From the NCBI GenBank assembly GCA_945859975.1, contig CAMAPH010000026.1, positions 1-40,339 on the forward strand: a DNA stretch of 40,339 nt, read 5' to 3'. Below the pieces are notes generated by a model. It had not been told where the DNA came from. It made no database searches and was given only the letters and a program-made list of their open reading frames with translations. The position numbers were made by a program, and so were the translations under genes. The DNA comes from Chthonomonas calidirosea. Lineage in GTDB: Bacteria; Armatimonadota; Fimbriimonadia; Fimbriimonadales; Fimbriimonadaceae. Below are positions 1 through 9,746 of the stretch, piece by piece. Position 1 is the stretch's first letter; the number at the start of each line of letters is the position of its first letter.

Positions 1-631
1 CGGATTCCCGTTCGTTTCGGCGGCGAACAAGTTCGCTGCTCTCTCTGCCCACGATGCGCTTGTAACCACAAGTGCGTCCTTGCGAACCCTTGCCGGCGCA
101 CTGATGAAGATGGCGAACGACGTTCGCTGGCTTGCTTCGGGACCACGAAACGGAATCGGGGAAATCACGATTCCCGAGAACGAGCCAGGAAGCAGCATCA
201 TGCCGGGCAAGGTGAACCCGACGCAATCGGAAGCGCTGACGATGGTAGCGGTTCAGGTGTTTGGAAACGATGCGGCGGTCGCTTTCGGCGGATCGCAAGG
301 CAACTTCCAGCTCAACGTCTTTAAGCCCGTGATGGTGCACAACGTCTTGATGAGCATCCAGCTTCTGGGAGACGCCTGCAGTGCGTTCAACGATAACTGC
401 GCGGTCGGAATCCTTCCGAACTACGAGCGGATTCAGGAGAACTTGGACACGAACCTGATGCAGGTCACGGCCCTAAACCGGCACATTGGCTATGATCGGG
501 CGGCGGCGATTGCGAAACACGCCCACAGGAACGGGCTGTCCTTGCGAGAAGCGGCGACCGGCTACGGCGAAGTGGCGGATGAGGACTTCACGAACTGGGT
601 GAAGCCGATTGAAATGACCCGGCCGAGCTAG
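1..631 (+). CDS. fumC: Class II fumarate hydratase, C-terminal part (5' end outside window)
   Basis: Frame open from position 2 ([14 protein letters not shown]...). Signature [15 protein letters not shown], plus [10 protein letters not shown] and [10 protein letters not shown]. Confidence 0.95.
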   Translation, partial: GFPFVSAANKFAALSAHDALVTTSASLRTLAGALMKMANDVRWLASGPRNGIGEITIPENEPGSSIMPGKVNPTQSEALTMVAVQVFGNDAAVAFGGSQGNFQLNVFKPVMVHNVLMSIQLLGDACSAFNDNCAVGILPNYERIQENLDTNLMQVTALNRHIGYDRAAAIAKHAHRNGLSLREAATGYGEVADEDFTNWVKPIEMTRPS

Positions 632-701
632 GCGAAGTCCACCGTTGGCGAGAATCGGCGAGCTCGGGTCACTATAGTCCGAGTTCCGTTCCTTCACGCC
701 A

Positions 702-2039
702 ATGTCCCACCCACCGGCCAACGAAAAACTGAAGCTGGCGCCGCTTGTCGCGGCGATCTATTTTTGCGTCAGCGGCGGGCCCCACGGGTTGGAGCCGCTG
801 ATGCAATCGGGTGCGGGGATGGGGTTGTTGCTCATCTTGATCACCCCGCTCATCTGGGCGATTCCGACCGCCTTTATGACCGCCGAACTCGCGAGTGCGA
901 TTCCGGCGGAGGGTGGCTATTACGTTTGGATCAAACGGTCCCTGGGCGATCGCTGGGCGGCATGTGCGGCTTGGTGGATGTGGCTGTACTCGTGGGTCGA
1001 TGTCGCGATTTATCCGGTCCTCTTTGCCAGCTACGTTTCGGCACTACTGAGTCAGCTCGGCCTGGCGAACGGATTTGCCGACGATCCGCTGCGGAAGTGG
1101 CTGGTTGGGTTGGCGATTATCGTGCCGATGACTTGGCTCAATGTGCGCGGGGCGAAGTCGGTTGGTAAGACCTCGCTGGTTTTGGGCGGTGTTTTGTTGC
1201 TTCCTTTTGCCGTGATGGTGGCACTCGGATTGCCGAAGGTTCTGGCGAATCCAGCGGCGGTGACGCAGCCGTTTGTACCGACCGGCACCACCACGCAGTC
1301 GGCGCTCGGAGCGGGGCTCTTTGTCGTGATGTGGAATTACCTGGGGTGGGATTCGCTGAGCACCGTCTCCGCGGAAGTCGACCGGCCATGGAAAAATTTT
1401 CCGAAAGCGATCTTCATCGCCATGCCACTCATCGTGCTTTCGTATCTGTTGCCGACCCTGGTTGGGCTAGCGGTTGTGCCGGAGCTTGGCCGATGGGAGG
1501 AGGGGCTATGGCCGGAAATCGGAGAGGCGATTGGCGGCAAGGGGCTTGGCATTTGGATTGCCATCACCGGCATGGCGAGCGCAGCGGGGCTGTTTGCAGC
1601 GACGATGCTGGGAGCGACTCGGATTCCGCTTGTCCTAGCGCGGGACCACTTACTGCCGGAGATTCTGACCCGCACCCATCCCAGGTTCGGCACGCCGGTC
1701 AACGCCATTCTGGTTTCGGCTTGCGCTTACACCTTGTTCAGCTATTCCAGTTTCGAGAATCTGGCGGTGGTGGACGTGGTTTTGTATTCCAGCGCGATCT
1801 TGGTCGAGCTTGCGGCGCTGATCGTGCTCCGCCGGAAAGAGCCTGAATTGGAGCGGCCGTACCGGATTCCGGGTGGCTATCCGGTTCTGGCTTTGTTCTT
1901 CCTGATGCCGGCCGCGATCATCGCCTTCGCGGTTTACAGCCACATTCAGGAGGAAGGTCGCCACGTGATTTGGTGGTCAATCGCGGCGATGGCTCTGGCT
2001 CCAATTTTCACGTTTTCGGCGATGCGTAAACGGGCTTAA
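702..2039 (+). CDS. APC-superfamily amino acid/polyamine permease
   Basis: About 12 hydrophobic segments. Motifs VSGGPHGLE, AELASAIPAEGGYYVW, WNYLGWD, HPRFGTP and LRRKEPELERPYRIP. Confidence 0.9.
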   Translation: MSHPPANEKLKLAPLVAAIYFCVSGGPHGLEPLMQSGAGMGLLLILITPLIWAIPTAFMTAELASAIPAEGGYYVWIKRSLGDRWAACAAWWMWLYSWVDVAIYPVLFASYVSALLSQLGLANGFADDPLRKWLVGLAIIVPMTWLNVRGAKSVGKTSLVLGGVLLLPFAVMVALGLPKVLANPAAVTQPFVPTGTTTQSALGAGLFVVMWNYLGWDSLSTVSAEVDRPWKNFPKAIFIAMPLIVLSYLLPTLVGLAVVPELGRWEEGLWPEIGEAIGGKGLGIWIAITGMASAAGLFAATMLGATRIPLVLARDHLLPEILTRTHPRFGTPVNAILVSACAYTLFSYSSFENLAVVDVVLYSSAILVELAALIVLRRKEPELERPYRIPGGYPVLALFFLMPAAIIAFAVYSHIQEEGRHVIWWSIAAMALAPIFTFSAMRKRA

Positions 2040-2380
2040 CGCTTCTTGGGCTTGGTCTTCTTTCTCAGCGCAACCGCGACCGCGTCGTCGATAGCGGTCG
2101 CAAGTTCGTCGGGGTTCTCGAGGGTAGTTTTCGGTACCTCTCGGTATGGCATCACCTGCGGGGATTCACCTTTGATGATCCATTCTTCGGTCTGGTGCTC
2201 GTCGTAAAACGCGCGGTTGTTATCGTCGACTTTGAAGTACAGCCGATCGTCGTCGAGAACGGCGAAGAAGACACCGTCGGCGTAAATACCGAGACCGCCG
2301 AACATCTTTTTGCTCGTGATCTCGCGGACGGCGGCGAGTTTCGGGATGAAGTGATCAATCGCGGTTTGGGTGACGGGCAT
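2036..2380 (-). CDS. TfoX/Sxy N-terminal domain protein
   Basis: KKMFGGLGIYADGVFFAVL..D.LYFKVD and 'M.YREVP' motifs. Start taken as ATG 2380 (MPVTQ...), overlapping the coaBC end. Confidence 0.85.
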   Translation of the reverse strand: MPVTQTAIDHFIPKLAAVREITSKKMFGGLGIYADGVFFAVLDDDRLYFKVDDNNRAFYDEHQTEEWIIKGESPQVMPYREVPKTTLENPDELATAIDDAVAVALRKKTKPKKR

Positions 2381-3563
2381 GCTTGTGCTCCTCTTGAACG
2401 AGCTTTTCGAGTAGCCATAGGGCAGCGGAGAGTTTCGAGCGTTTCCCACTGCGGTGCGGTTCGCCTTCTGCCTGGATAAGGGTCAAGTCGTTGTTCTCAG
2501 ACCCGAACCCGATATCGTTGCGTGAGATGTCATTTGCGGCGATGGCGAAGACTCCCTTCTTGATGATCTTCTGCCGTGCCACGGTGATATCCGAATCTGG
2601 CTCTGCCGCGAAGGCCACGACGCGGGCGTTTGGCCGCGCGGCGGCGAGGGTGGCGATGATGTCGGGGTTAGGAACAAGCCTCAATGTCAGAGCCTCTTCG
2701 GACCGACGAAGTTTGCCCGTCGCAGGGGACTCTGGACGGTAGTCGGCAACAGCCGCGACGCCAATGATCCAGTCCGCATCCTCGCTGGCTTCAAGCGCCT
2801 TGTCCAGCATTTGAACGGCGGTTTTGACCGGATGAACGGCGGCCGTAAGCGGCAGGGCGGCGGTTTGGGGACCGGCGATGACGGTGACGCGAGCTCCCAT
2901 GAGCAGGGCCGCACGGGCGACGGCGGCGCCCATTTTGCCAGAACTTCGATTGGTCAGGAAACGGACGTCGTCAATCGGTTCCTCGGTTGGACCGGAGGTG
3001 ACGACAACGTGCTTTCCGGCTAACATCTGGGTTCGGGCAAGCACGGTTTCGACCGCCTCGAGGATCTCTGGATTCGGGGCAAGCTTGCCAAGCCCCACTT
3101 CGCCACTCGCGACATCACCTTCTTGCGGGGTGATGATGGTCGCGGCGCGGGATTCTAGAATTCCCAATGCCCACTGGACCTGATCGCTGGCGTACATCGA
3201 CGGATTCATTGCCGGAGCAATGAGCAACGGAGCGGTAGACGCGACGACGATGGTCGTGAGCATGTCGGCCGCGACACCGTGGGCGAGACGGGAAGTCGTG
3301 TTTGCCGTGCAGGGAGCAATGAGGATAACGTCCGCTTCCCGCGCCCAATCAATGTGCGCCATTTGCCCGGTGATCGGCTCCTCAAACGTATCGGTAAGAC
3401 ACGGGTTTTCGGTGAGGGTCTCAAACAGGATGGGCGAGACGAACTTTGCCGCGGAGTCGGTGAGGCACACGCGAACGTCGTGCCCGGCGCGCATGAGGTC
3501 GCGCGCGATGTCAGCAGCGCGGTAGCAAGAGACGCTGCCGCTGACTCCAAGCAGGACTTTCAC
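2355..3563 (-). CDS. coaBC: Bifunctional phosphopantothenoylcysteine decarboxylase / phosphopantothenate-cysteine ligase
   Basis: GVSGSVSCY, HIDWA, APAMN, GPTEEPIDDVRFLTNRSSGKMG, AAVADY, NPDI, FAAE and ANDIS motifs. Confidence 0.97.
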   Translation of the reverse strand: MKVLLGVSGSVSCYRAADIARDLMRAGHDVRVCLTDSAAKFVSPILFETLTENPCLTDTFEEPITGQMAHIDWAREADVILIAPCTANTTSRLAHGVAADMLTTIVVASTAPLLIAPAMNPSMYASDQVQWALGILESRAATIITPQEGDVASGEVGLGKLAPNPEILEAVETVLARTQMLAGKHVVVTSGPTEEPIDDVRFLTNRSSGKMGAAVARAALLMGARVTVIAGPQTAALPLTAAVHPVKTAVQMLDKALEASEDADWIIGVAAVADYRPESPATGKLRRSEEALTLRLVPNPDIIATLAAARPNARVVAFAAEPDSDITVARQKIIKKGVFAIAANDISRNDIGFGSENNDLTLIQAEGEPHRSGKRSKLSAALWLLEKLVQEEHKHARHPNRD

Positions 3564-4114
3564 TTTGCCTCCGACACGATGACCTCGATGATCGAGATCG
3601 TCGTGGTCAAATCCTCGTTGATGACCTGGTGGTGGTAGCGGTGGGCTTGGGCGATTTCTTCGAGGGCGTTTCGTAGGCGCTTGTCGATGGTCGCCAGATC
3701 TTCGGTTCCGCGCTGCCGAATGCGGCGCTCAAGCTCTTCTGCAGATGGCGGAAGGAGCATGATGGACAGCGCATCCGGTCGCTTTTCCATCGCACTGATC
3801 GCGCCCTGGACGTCAATTTTCAGGACGGCGATCTTGCCTTGTTCCAGCAGTTTGATCATGTCCGTGAGAGGCGTTGCGTAGAAGTTTCCATGGACTTCCT
3901 TATACTCAAGGAAGTCGCCCGCTTGGGCTTTCCCAAGAAATTCGGATCGGTCGGTGAAGTGATAATCGACGCCGTTCACTTCGCCGGGCCGAGGGGCTCG
4001 GGTTGTGTAGGCGACCACGCGCACGACGTTTCGGTTTCGCGCTTGCCAGCCGTCGATGACGGTGTCTTTACCGACCCCGCTCGGGCCGCTAAGAATGACG
4101 AGCTTTCCGCTCAT
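3560..4114 (-). CDS. gmk: Guanylate kinase
   Basis: P-loop SGPSGVGKDT, TTRAPRPGEVNGVDYHF, GNFYAT, IDVQGA. Confidence 0.97.
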   Translation of the reverse strand: MSGKLVILSGPSGVGKDTVIDGWQARNRNVVRVVAYTTRAPRPGEVNGVDYHFTDRSEFLGKAQAGDFLEYKEVHGNFYATPLTDMIKLLEQGKIAVLKIDVQGAISAMEKRPDALSIMLLPPSAEELERRIRQRGTEDLATIDKRLRNALEEIAQAHRYHHQVINEDLTTTISIIEVIVSEAK

Positions 4115-5424
4115 CTTCCCTCCAAAAGCTTCATCAGGCGGGCGGCGACCTTGACGGGATCGTGGCGCACGAAGTCAGATTCGCTGATGTAATCGCCAGG
4201 CAAGGGTCGGAATCCGTTCTTTCGGAGTTGGTCGAGGTCGGCTTCTACGAGATGTTGGTTCACGGTTTCGTAACGTTCAATAAGGTCGGCGCTGGGCTGA
4301 GCGACGTTGACAAGGACGTAGTCGATCACCCGCTTTTCAAGGATGCGGAGGATCGAATTGGCATGGGCGGAGGCGCTGAGGCCTTCGCTTTCACCGGGCT
4401 GGGTCATGACGTTGCAGATATAAACCTTCGGCGAGGGGGAGGCCATGATGGCTTCGGCGAGGCCGGGGACCAAGAGGTTTGGAATGACACTCGTGAAGAC
4501 GCTGCCCGGACCGATGCAGATGAGATCGGCTTGACGAATGGCCTCGATCGTCTTCGGGTGCGGCTCGCACATCGACGGATCAAGATAAAGGCGGTTGATC
4601 CGTTGTCCAGACCCGACGATGTTCGTCTCTCCAGAGACCACAGAGCCGTCTTCAAGCTCGGCCATGAGCTTGACGTGATCGAGGGTGGACGGGACGACTT
4701 GGCCACGGATGTTGAGAACGGCCGAGGCAATTCCGACGGCGGTATCGAAGTCTCCGTTCGCTTGGTCGGCGAGCGCAGCGATAAGGAGATTGCCGATAGA
4801 GTGGCCGCTGAGGGAACCGGAATCATCTCGGAATCGATGCTGGAAAAGGTCCGTCATGGTCTTTTCCGCATCGGCGAGGGCAACCATGCAGTTCCGCAAG
4901 TCTCCGGGCGGAATGATGCCTTTCTCGCGCATCAGGCGGCCAGAGCTGCCACCGTCGTCCGTCACGGTCACGATGGCGGTGATGTTGCTCGTGTAGTTTT
5001 TGAGTCCCCGGAGGAGGGTGGAGAGGCCGGTGCCGCCGCCGATGGCCACGATTCTTGGACCTTGCGCGAGCTCTAATCGGCGGAAATAGGCATCCACCTT
5101 TCCGGATTTTGTTTCGGGAGTAAGCGTGTCGACAACGTGGCCAAGGCCGCGGACGATCGCGCGGATGCTCACGAAAACTCCCACCACGATGAGTGCGCCG
5201 CCGACAAGGTGGGCGGTCACGGCTACTCGCTCTTCGTCAACGAATCGTCCGAGGAGCCGGTCGGTGGTGCTCGACAGCCCGGCGAGGGTTGGCCGGATGA
5301 TGTTCTTAAAGCTCAGGCCGAGGCCCAGAATGAGGGCGATTTGGCCCAGCAAAAAGCCGGCCAATGCGGTTTGCAGGCCCCGGGTGGGCGCAAGGAGTTG
5401 CCGGAGCCGGTACCGCTTAATCAT
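4111..5424 (-). CDS. yvcK: YvcK/GlmR-family UDP-GlcNAc-binding protein (gluconeogenesis factor) with N-terminal TM helices
   Basis: IGGGTGLSTLLRGLK, VTVTDDGGSSGRL, PPGDLRNC, GHSIGNL, GPGSVFTS and NVMTQPGE motifs. Two hydrophobic N-terminal segments. Confidence 0.93.
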   Translation of the reverse strand: MIKRYRLRQLLAPTRGLQTALAGFLLGQIALILGLGLSFKNIIRPTLAGLSSTTDRLLGRFVDEERVAVTAHLVGGALIVVGVFVSIRAIVRGLGHVVDTLTPETKSGKVDAYFRRLELAQGPRIVAIGGGTGLSTLLRGLKNYTSNITAIVTVTDDGGSSGRLMREKGIIPPGDLRNCMVALADAEKTMTDLFQHRFRDDSGSLSGHSIGNLLIAALADQANGDFDTAVGIASAVLNIRGQVVPSTLDHVKLMAELEDGSVVSGETNIVGSGQRINRLYLDPSMCEPHPKTIEAIRQADLICIGPGSVFTSVIPNLLVPGLAEAIMASPSPKVYICNVMTQPGESEGLSASAHANSILRILEKRVIDYVLVNVAQPSADLIERYETVNQHLVEADLDQLRKNGFRPLPGDYISESDFVRHDPVKVAARLMKLLEGR

Positions 5425-5812
5425 CCTTTTTGTCGGGCAGCGCGGTTTGGAGCGCGCCGTTTATTACGCTGATAAGTACGCTTGCTACGAAGGCGGCGAC
5501 AAACCCTTCCACGCCGGATTTTGTAATTCGGAATCCAAGTTCGAGAGACGCGGCAAACCAGAGGACGATGGCGTTGACGACCAGTCCAAACAGGCCAAGG
5601 GTCAAACAACTGATCGGGAAGGTGAGGACCTTCAGGATCTTGCCCATGGTCGCGTTGAGTAGGGCGAGCGCGGCGACGCCGATCAGCAAGACGATGACTT
5701 CGCTCAGCGTTCCGGCTTGGGCGCGGAAGCCAATTTTAAGCGCTTGGGTGATCAGCGAGGTCGCGTAAACCGCGACTCCCAAAATCACCCACTTCAATAG
5801 CAGTCTTTTCAT
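5417..5812 (-). CDS. YvlD-like 4-TM membrane protein ('phage holin family')
   Basis: LLNAT..KILKVLTFPI..LTLGLF.LVVNAIVL pattern and four TM segments. Confidence 0.85.
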   Translation of the reverse strand: MKRLLLKWVILGVAVYATSLITQALKIGFRAQAGTLSEVIVLLIGVAALALLNATMGKILKVLTFPISCLTLGLFGLVVNAIVLWFAASLELGFRITKSGVEGFVAAFVASVLISVINGALQTALPDKKDD

Positions 5813-5839
5813 CGCTGATTGGAGTGTATGCCCAAAAAA

Positions 5840-6964
5840 CTAGATCGCAAGATTTTCGGGATTCAGTCCTAGGAGGTCTGGGACCACGAAGATTCCGTCC
5901 TTGCGGATCAGGACATCGTCAAACCAGATTTCGCCGCCGCCGTATTCCGCGCGCTGGATAAGAACGGTGTCCCAGTGGACCGCGCTCTTGTTGCCGTTGC
6001 CCCCTGGTGGATCGTAGGCGTTTCCGGGCGTGAAGTGGAGCGATCCGGCGATCTTTTCGTCGAAGAGGGTGTCCTTGATTGGGTGGAGGACCTTCGGGTT
6101 GAAACCGAGGGACCATTCGCCGAAGTATCGGGCACCTTCGTCGGTGTCGAGAATCTCGTTCAGCTTTTCGGTGTTGCCTCCGGCGCTGGCATCAATGATT
6201 TTTCCGTCCTTGATTTCGTACCGGATGTCCTTGAACTCCATGCCCTGGTAGAGGGAGCTGGTGTTGAACTGGACGGTGCCGTTGACGCTATCTTTCACCG
6301 GGGCGGTGAAGCACTCGCCGTCGGGGATGTTGCGCTCGCCCGTGCAGGGGACGCAGCCAATGCCTTTGATGGAGAACGAGAAGTCGGTTCCGGGCGAGAT
6401 GACGCGAACACGGTCGGTTCGGTTCATTAGGTCAACCAGCGGCTTCACGGCTTCGGCCATGCGGATGTAGTCCACCGTGCAAGCATCGAAGTAGAAGTCC
6501 TCGAAGGCTTTGCTGGACATGGAGGCTTGCTGAGCGACCGAAGGGTTTGGCCAGCGGAGTACGGCCCACTTCGTCTTCGGGATGCGCGTTTCGAAGATGA
6601 CGGGCGTGGCATATTCGCGCTGCCACATGGCGGTTTGGGTGCCGGGGACGTCGGAAAGCTCAAAGGCGTTGTCAGCTCCGCGGAGAGCAATGTAGGCCGT
6701 CGCGTGCTCCATCTCGAACTTCTCCAGCTTTGCAATGAGTTGAGCGTTTTCAACGGTCATGCCGTGGAGCATTTGCCGACGGATCGGATTCGATTCGGAC
6801 CGGACGAGGACCTTTGCGGATTGAGCTTGGGCGACCCGGACGAACTCCGCGATGATGTCGCTCGGAACGTCAAAGGCATGGATCAGAACGCAATCGTCGG
6901 CGGAAAGCTGTACCGAGTGCCGGCAGACTAAGTCGGCAAGCCGAGTTACACGCGCATCGAACAT
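5840..6964 (-). CDS. Aminopeptidase, M29 (thermophilic metalloprotease) family
   Basis: NIPDGECFTAP, LDTDEGARYFGE, LFDEKIAGSLHFTPG and N.SAVHWD motifs. Confidence 0.93.
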   Translation of the reverse strand: MFDARVTRLADLVCRHSVQLSADDCVLIHAFDVPSDIIAEFVRVAQAQSAKVLVRSESNPIRRQMLHGMTVENAQLIAKLEKFEMEHATAYIALRGADNAFELSDVPGTQTAMWQREYATPVIFETRIPKTKWAVLRWPNPSVAQQASMSSKAFEDFYFDACTVDYIRMAEAVKPLVDLMNRTDRVRVISPGTDFSFSIKGIGCVPCTGERNIPDGECFTAPVKDSVNGTVQFNTSSLYQGMEFKDIRYEIKDGKIIDASAGGNTEKLNEILDTDEGARYFGEWSLGFNPKVLHPIKDTLFDEKIAGSLHFTPGNAYDPPGGNGNKSAVHWDTVLIQRAEYGGGEIWFDDVLIRKDGIFVVPDLLGLNPENLAI

Positions 6965-6996
6965 AGCTCAGTTTAGCCGTTCGAACCGCGGGGGCT

Positions 6997-7482
6997 TCAG
7001 AATCCGATGAGATCGTTGACGGCGGACTCTTCCATTCGAATGTCCACAAGCTTCCATCGGGAAACCGGAATGATGCCGTAAGCGCGATCCGATTCACGGT
7101 GGAAAATGAGGGTGACCTCGGAGATGGTGCGCTCGCCAAACGGAGCCAGACTCAGTCCTACGGGCGAGACGATGCGAGCTTCATCGCCGAAGACTTTCGC
7201 GGTCTTGTTTTGAACGTCGAAGCTCGGCTTGCTGTTTTTGATGAAGTCGGCAATCTGTCGCCGGTCAGCTCCGACGTTGGCTTGATTGAGGGTGATTTTT
7301 TGACTCAGCAGATCAAGGACACCGCCCGGTTTTCCTTCGCGACTATCGCGGATGGAGCGATCCAGCGCACGTTCGATCTTGACTTGGTCCGGTTCGTTTG
7401 GTGAGACCGACTCATATAGCCGCCAGCCGCCCCAGGCAAGAATGAGCACGATTGCGGCAATCACGAACCCGTTGAGCTTCAT
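6997..7482 (-). CDS. Hypothetical protein with N-terminal membrane anchor
   Basis: ATGA overlap with the ribF stop. N-terminal hydrophobic helix; the remainder is weakly NTF2/SnoaL-like (inference). Confidence 0.7.
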   Translation of the reverse strand: MKLNGFVIAAIVLILAWGGWRLYESVSPNEPDQVKIERALDRSIRDSREGKPGGVLDLLSQKITLNQANVGADRRQIADFIKNSKPSFDVQNKTAKVFGDEARIVSPVGLSLAPFGERTISEVTLIFHRESDRAYGIIPVSRWKLVDIRMEESAVNDLIGF

Positions 7483-8402
7483 GCCTTACTAGACGCGAAC
7501 AACTCGCGGATATTGAGGACGTCCTGGGCCATTTGGTCCGTGAGGGCGGTGAGTGATGGGAAGTTGAGTTCTGGGCGAAGGAAGTGCTGAAGCTTCAGCC
7601 GAACGGAGGTTCCGTACAGGGAATGGCTCGGATAGTCCATCAGGAATGCTTCGATGGTGCGGCTTTTCCCGTCAACAGCAGGCCGCATGCCGATGGCCAA
7701 GGCAGCCGCGTATTCGCCGTGAACGGTTTCCGCGGTTGCGGCATACACACCGTCTCGCGGCAGAACTTGGTCGAAAGATCTCGCGAGGTTGACGGTCGGA
7801 AATCCTAGGGTTCGCCCAAGTTGCTGGCCTGAAATGACGAAGCCGGTGATCTCAAACGGTCGGCCGAGCATTCGGTTTGCGGATTCGATTTCTCCGTCTT
7901 GGACGAGCTTTCGGACGATGGTTGAGCTGACTCGTTGGCCGTCGATCTGGAACGGCGGGACTACCGTGGTTTCGACCCGGCTTTCCAACCACTGCGTGGT
8001 GCCTTCTCGGCCGTTGCCGAAGGCGAAGTCGTGTCCGACCACAAGGTGCTGAGCGTTTAACCCGCGCACCAGCACGGCTTGGAAGAACTCATCGGCCGAC
8101 ATTCGGCTCAGGCTTGCATCGAACGGGAGGACGAGGGCGAGGTCGATCCCGAGACTTTTCGCAACCGCGAGATTGGCTTCGAGCGATGCAATCGGGGGCG
8201 GCGTTTTGCTCGGGGCCAACACGGCGGCGGGGTGACGGTCAAAGGTGACGAGGGTGGCGGGTAGCTCTTTCGAGTGAGCCATTTGAACCGCAGACTTGAC
8301 TACTTCTTGGTGGCCGAGGTGGAACCCATCGAAGGTGCCGATGCACGCAACCGCGGCCGTCCACTCGGGGCGCAGGCGCCCAAGTCCAAAATGCACCTGC
8401 AT
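7479..8402 (-). CDS. ribF: Bifunctional riboflavin kinase / FAD synthetase
   Basis: IGTFDGFHLGHQ, VVGHDFAFG, VSSTIVR, GRTLGFPTVN, GVYA and IEAFLMD motifs. Confidence 0.97.
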   Translation of the reverse strand: MQVHFGLGRLRPEWTAAVACIGTFDGFHLGHQEVVKSAVQMAHSKELPATLVTFDRHPAAVLAPSKTPPPIASLEANLAVAKSLGIDLALVLPFDASLSRMSADEFFQAVLVRGLNAQHLVVGHDFAFGNGREGTTQWLESRVETTVVPPFQIDGQRVSSTIVRKLVQDGEIESANRMLGRPFEITGFVISGQQLGRTLGFPTVNLARSFDQVLPRDGVYAATAETVHGEYAAALAIGMRPAVDGKSRTIEAFLMDYPSHSLYGTSVRLKLQHFLRPELNFPSLTALTDQMAQDVLNIRELFASSKA

Positions 8403-8411
8403 AGGAAAAGT

Positions 8412-8837
8412 TTACCGATCTGCCGTCGCGGGTCTTCCGCGGGACCAGATCCTTTGCATTGCCTCAATCGTTGCCCATTGTAAGAGAAACATCGCGAGAA
8501 GCAATATTGGATCGCGGAGCTGGGTGGTTCCTCGGATGAGGTCATTCGGGCGTTCGACGCCGGTTTGTGGGGTGAGCCACAAGACATGAGCCAGGGCGAA
8601 CAGGCCGACGAACGAAAGGCAGGCAAGCATTCGGCCCGCAACGCTGGCGGCAAGTTCTTCGCTGCCGATGTGAGCGGCGCGCAAGAGGATGAGTAGCATC
8701 GCGGCGGCATTCGCGCTGAGCGCCAACGTGATCATGATCATCGGCGTCACGGTCTTTTGATCTGGGCTGAGGGAGCCCCAAGACATGCTTGCGGCGAGAA
8801 TTGCCAAGATGAAGACGACCGGGACGTTACGAAGCAT
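8412..8837 (-). CDS. Hypothetical 4-TM membrane protein
   Basis: TAATG overlap with the csrA stop. Four hydrophobic segments; fills the gap to ribF. Confidence 0.65.
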   Translation of the reverse strand: MLRNVPVVFILAILAASMSWGSLSPDQKTVTPMIMITLALSANAAAMLLILLRAAHIGSEELAASVAGRMLACLSFVGLFALAHVLWLTPQTGVERPNDLIRGTTQLRDPILLLAMFLLQWATIEAMQRIWSRGRPATADR

Positions 8838-9028
8838 TACGTGCTCGGAGTTGGCTCTTCAGTTTCACCGGTTGAAATCTGTTCGTAGATTTCCTTTCGG
8901 TGAACGGTTACGTCCTTCGGAGCCTTGATTCCGATGCGGACTTGCTCGCCTCGAACCTCGAGCACGACAACTTCAACCTCGTCTCCAATGACGATGCTCT
9001 GGCCAAGTTTCCGTGTCAAAACCAGCAT
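8837..9028 (-). CDS. csrA: Carbon storage regulator CsrA
   Basis: [16 protein letters not shown]...[19 protein letters not shown] is a canonical CsrA sequence. Confidence 0.97.
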   Translation of the reverse strand: MLVLTRKLGQSIVIGDEVEVVVLEVRGEQVRIGIKAPKDVTVHRKEIYEQISTGETEEPTPST

Positions 9029-9035
9029 GTTACGT

Positions 9036-9087
9036 TCCCATCCTTAGGACAATCTCGGGATTAACAAGATTTCTTCCGATGAGTATA
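9036..9087 (-). promoter_or_regulatory. csrA -10 box (TATACT) and leader hairpin with AGGA loop
   Basis: TATACT at 9087-9082 on the minus strand. UCCUA-AGGA-UGGGA hairpin at 9049-9036, 7 nt before the ATG. Confidence 0.45.
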
Positions 9088-9115
9088 CGACGGATACGGA
9101 TTTCGGGAATCGAAA

Positions 9116-9739
9116 ATGACTCGGTATTCTCGGCGAGTGTTCATTGTGCTGGAAGGACCGGAAGGTGGCGGCAAATCCACCCTTGCGCGGAACCTAGCTC
9201 TGCGGGCCAGCGAACACGGCTTCACCCCACGTCTCACGCGCGAACCCGGCGAGGGTGAGTTTGGTCAGCGAATACGACAGATTCTCTTGGATGGGGACTC
9301 GATGGTGCCGGCGGCGGAATTGTTCTTGTTCCTGGCCGATCGCTCGCAGCACGTCCAGACTTTCATCAATCCGGCGCTTGCGCGCGGAGAGTGGGTGATT
9401 TGCGATCGCTTTGCCGATTCGACGTTCGTTTACCAAGCCATTGCACGCGGTCTGGATGCGGATTTCGTACGGTCAGCCAATGCCTTTGCCATTGCTGGAA
9501 CGGAGCCGGACCTGAAACTGCTGGTGGATGTTCCAGCAGAAGTCGGTTTGGCGCGGAGGGCAGATCGGAACCGAATTGATAACGAGCCCATCGCTTTTCA
9601 CGAACAAGTCCGCCAAGGATTTTTGCAGGTCGCTGGCCAATCGCCGGCGTGGTGCGTGATTGACGGAACTCAGCCGATAGAAAAGGTCACGGAAGCCGCG
9701 TGGGAAGCCATACAAATCCGGTTGAACGGCGTACCATAA
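9116..9739 (+). CDS. tmk: Thymidylate kinase
   Basis: FIVLEGPEGGGKST, TREPG, LFLADRSQH, ICDRFADST..YQ. Confidence 0.97.
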   Translation: MTRYSRRVFIVLEGPEGGGKSTLARNLALRASEHGFTPRLTREPGEGEFGQRIRQILLDGDSMVPAAELFLFLADRSQHVQTFINPALARGEWVICDRFADSTFVYQAIARGLDADFVRSANAFAIAGTEPDLKLLVDVPAEVGLARRADRNRIDNEPIAFHEQVRQGFLQVAGQSPAWCVIDGTQPIEKVTEAAWEAIQIRLNGVP

Positions 9740-9746
9740 GCGAGAC

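Noticed and set aside
4162..5076. Long antisense ORFs opposite yvcK (also 22081-23064, 27226-28152 and 33047-33913)
   Set aside because: Typical stop-poor reverse frames in ~60% GC coding DNA, each fully overlapping a confidently identified gene.
5417..5812. 'Phage holin family' protein as evidence of a prophage
   Set aside because: YvlD-like proteins are common chromosomal genes, and there is no endolysin, integrase or structural phage gene in the window.
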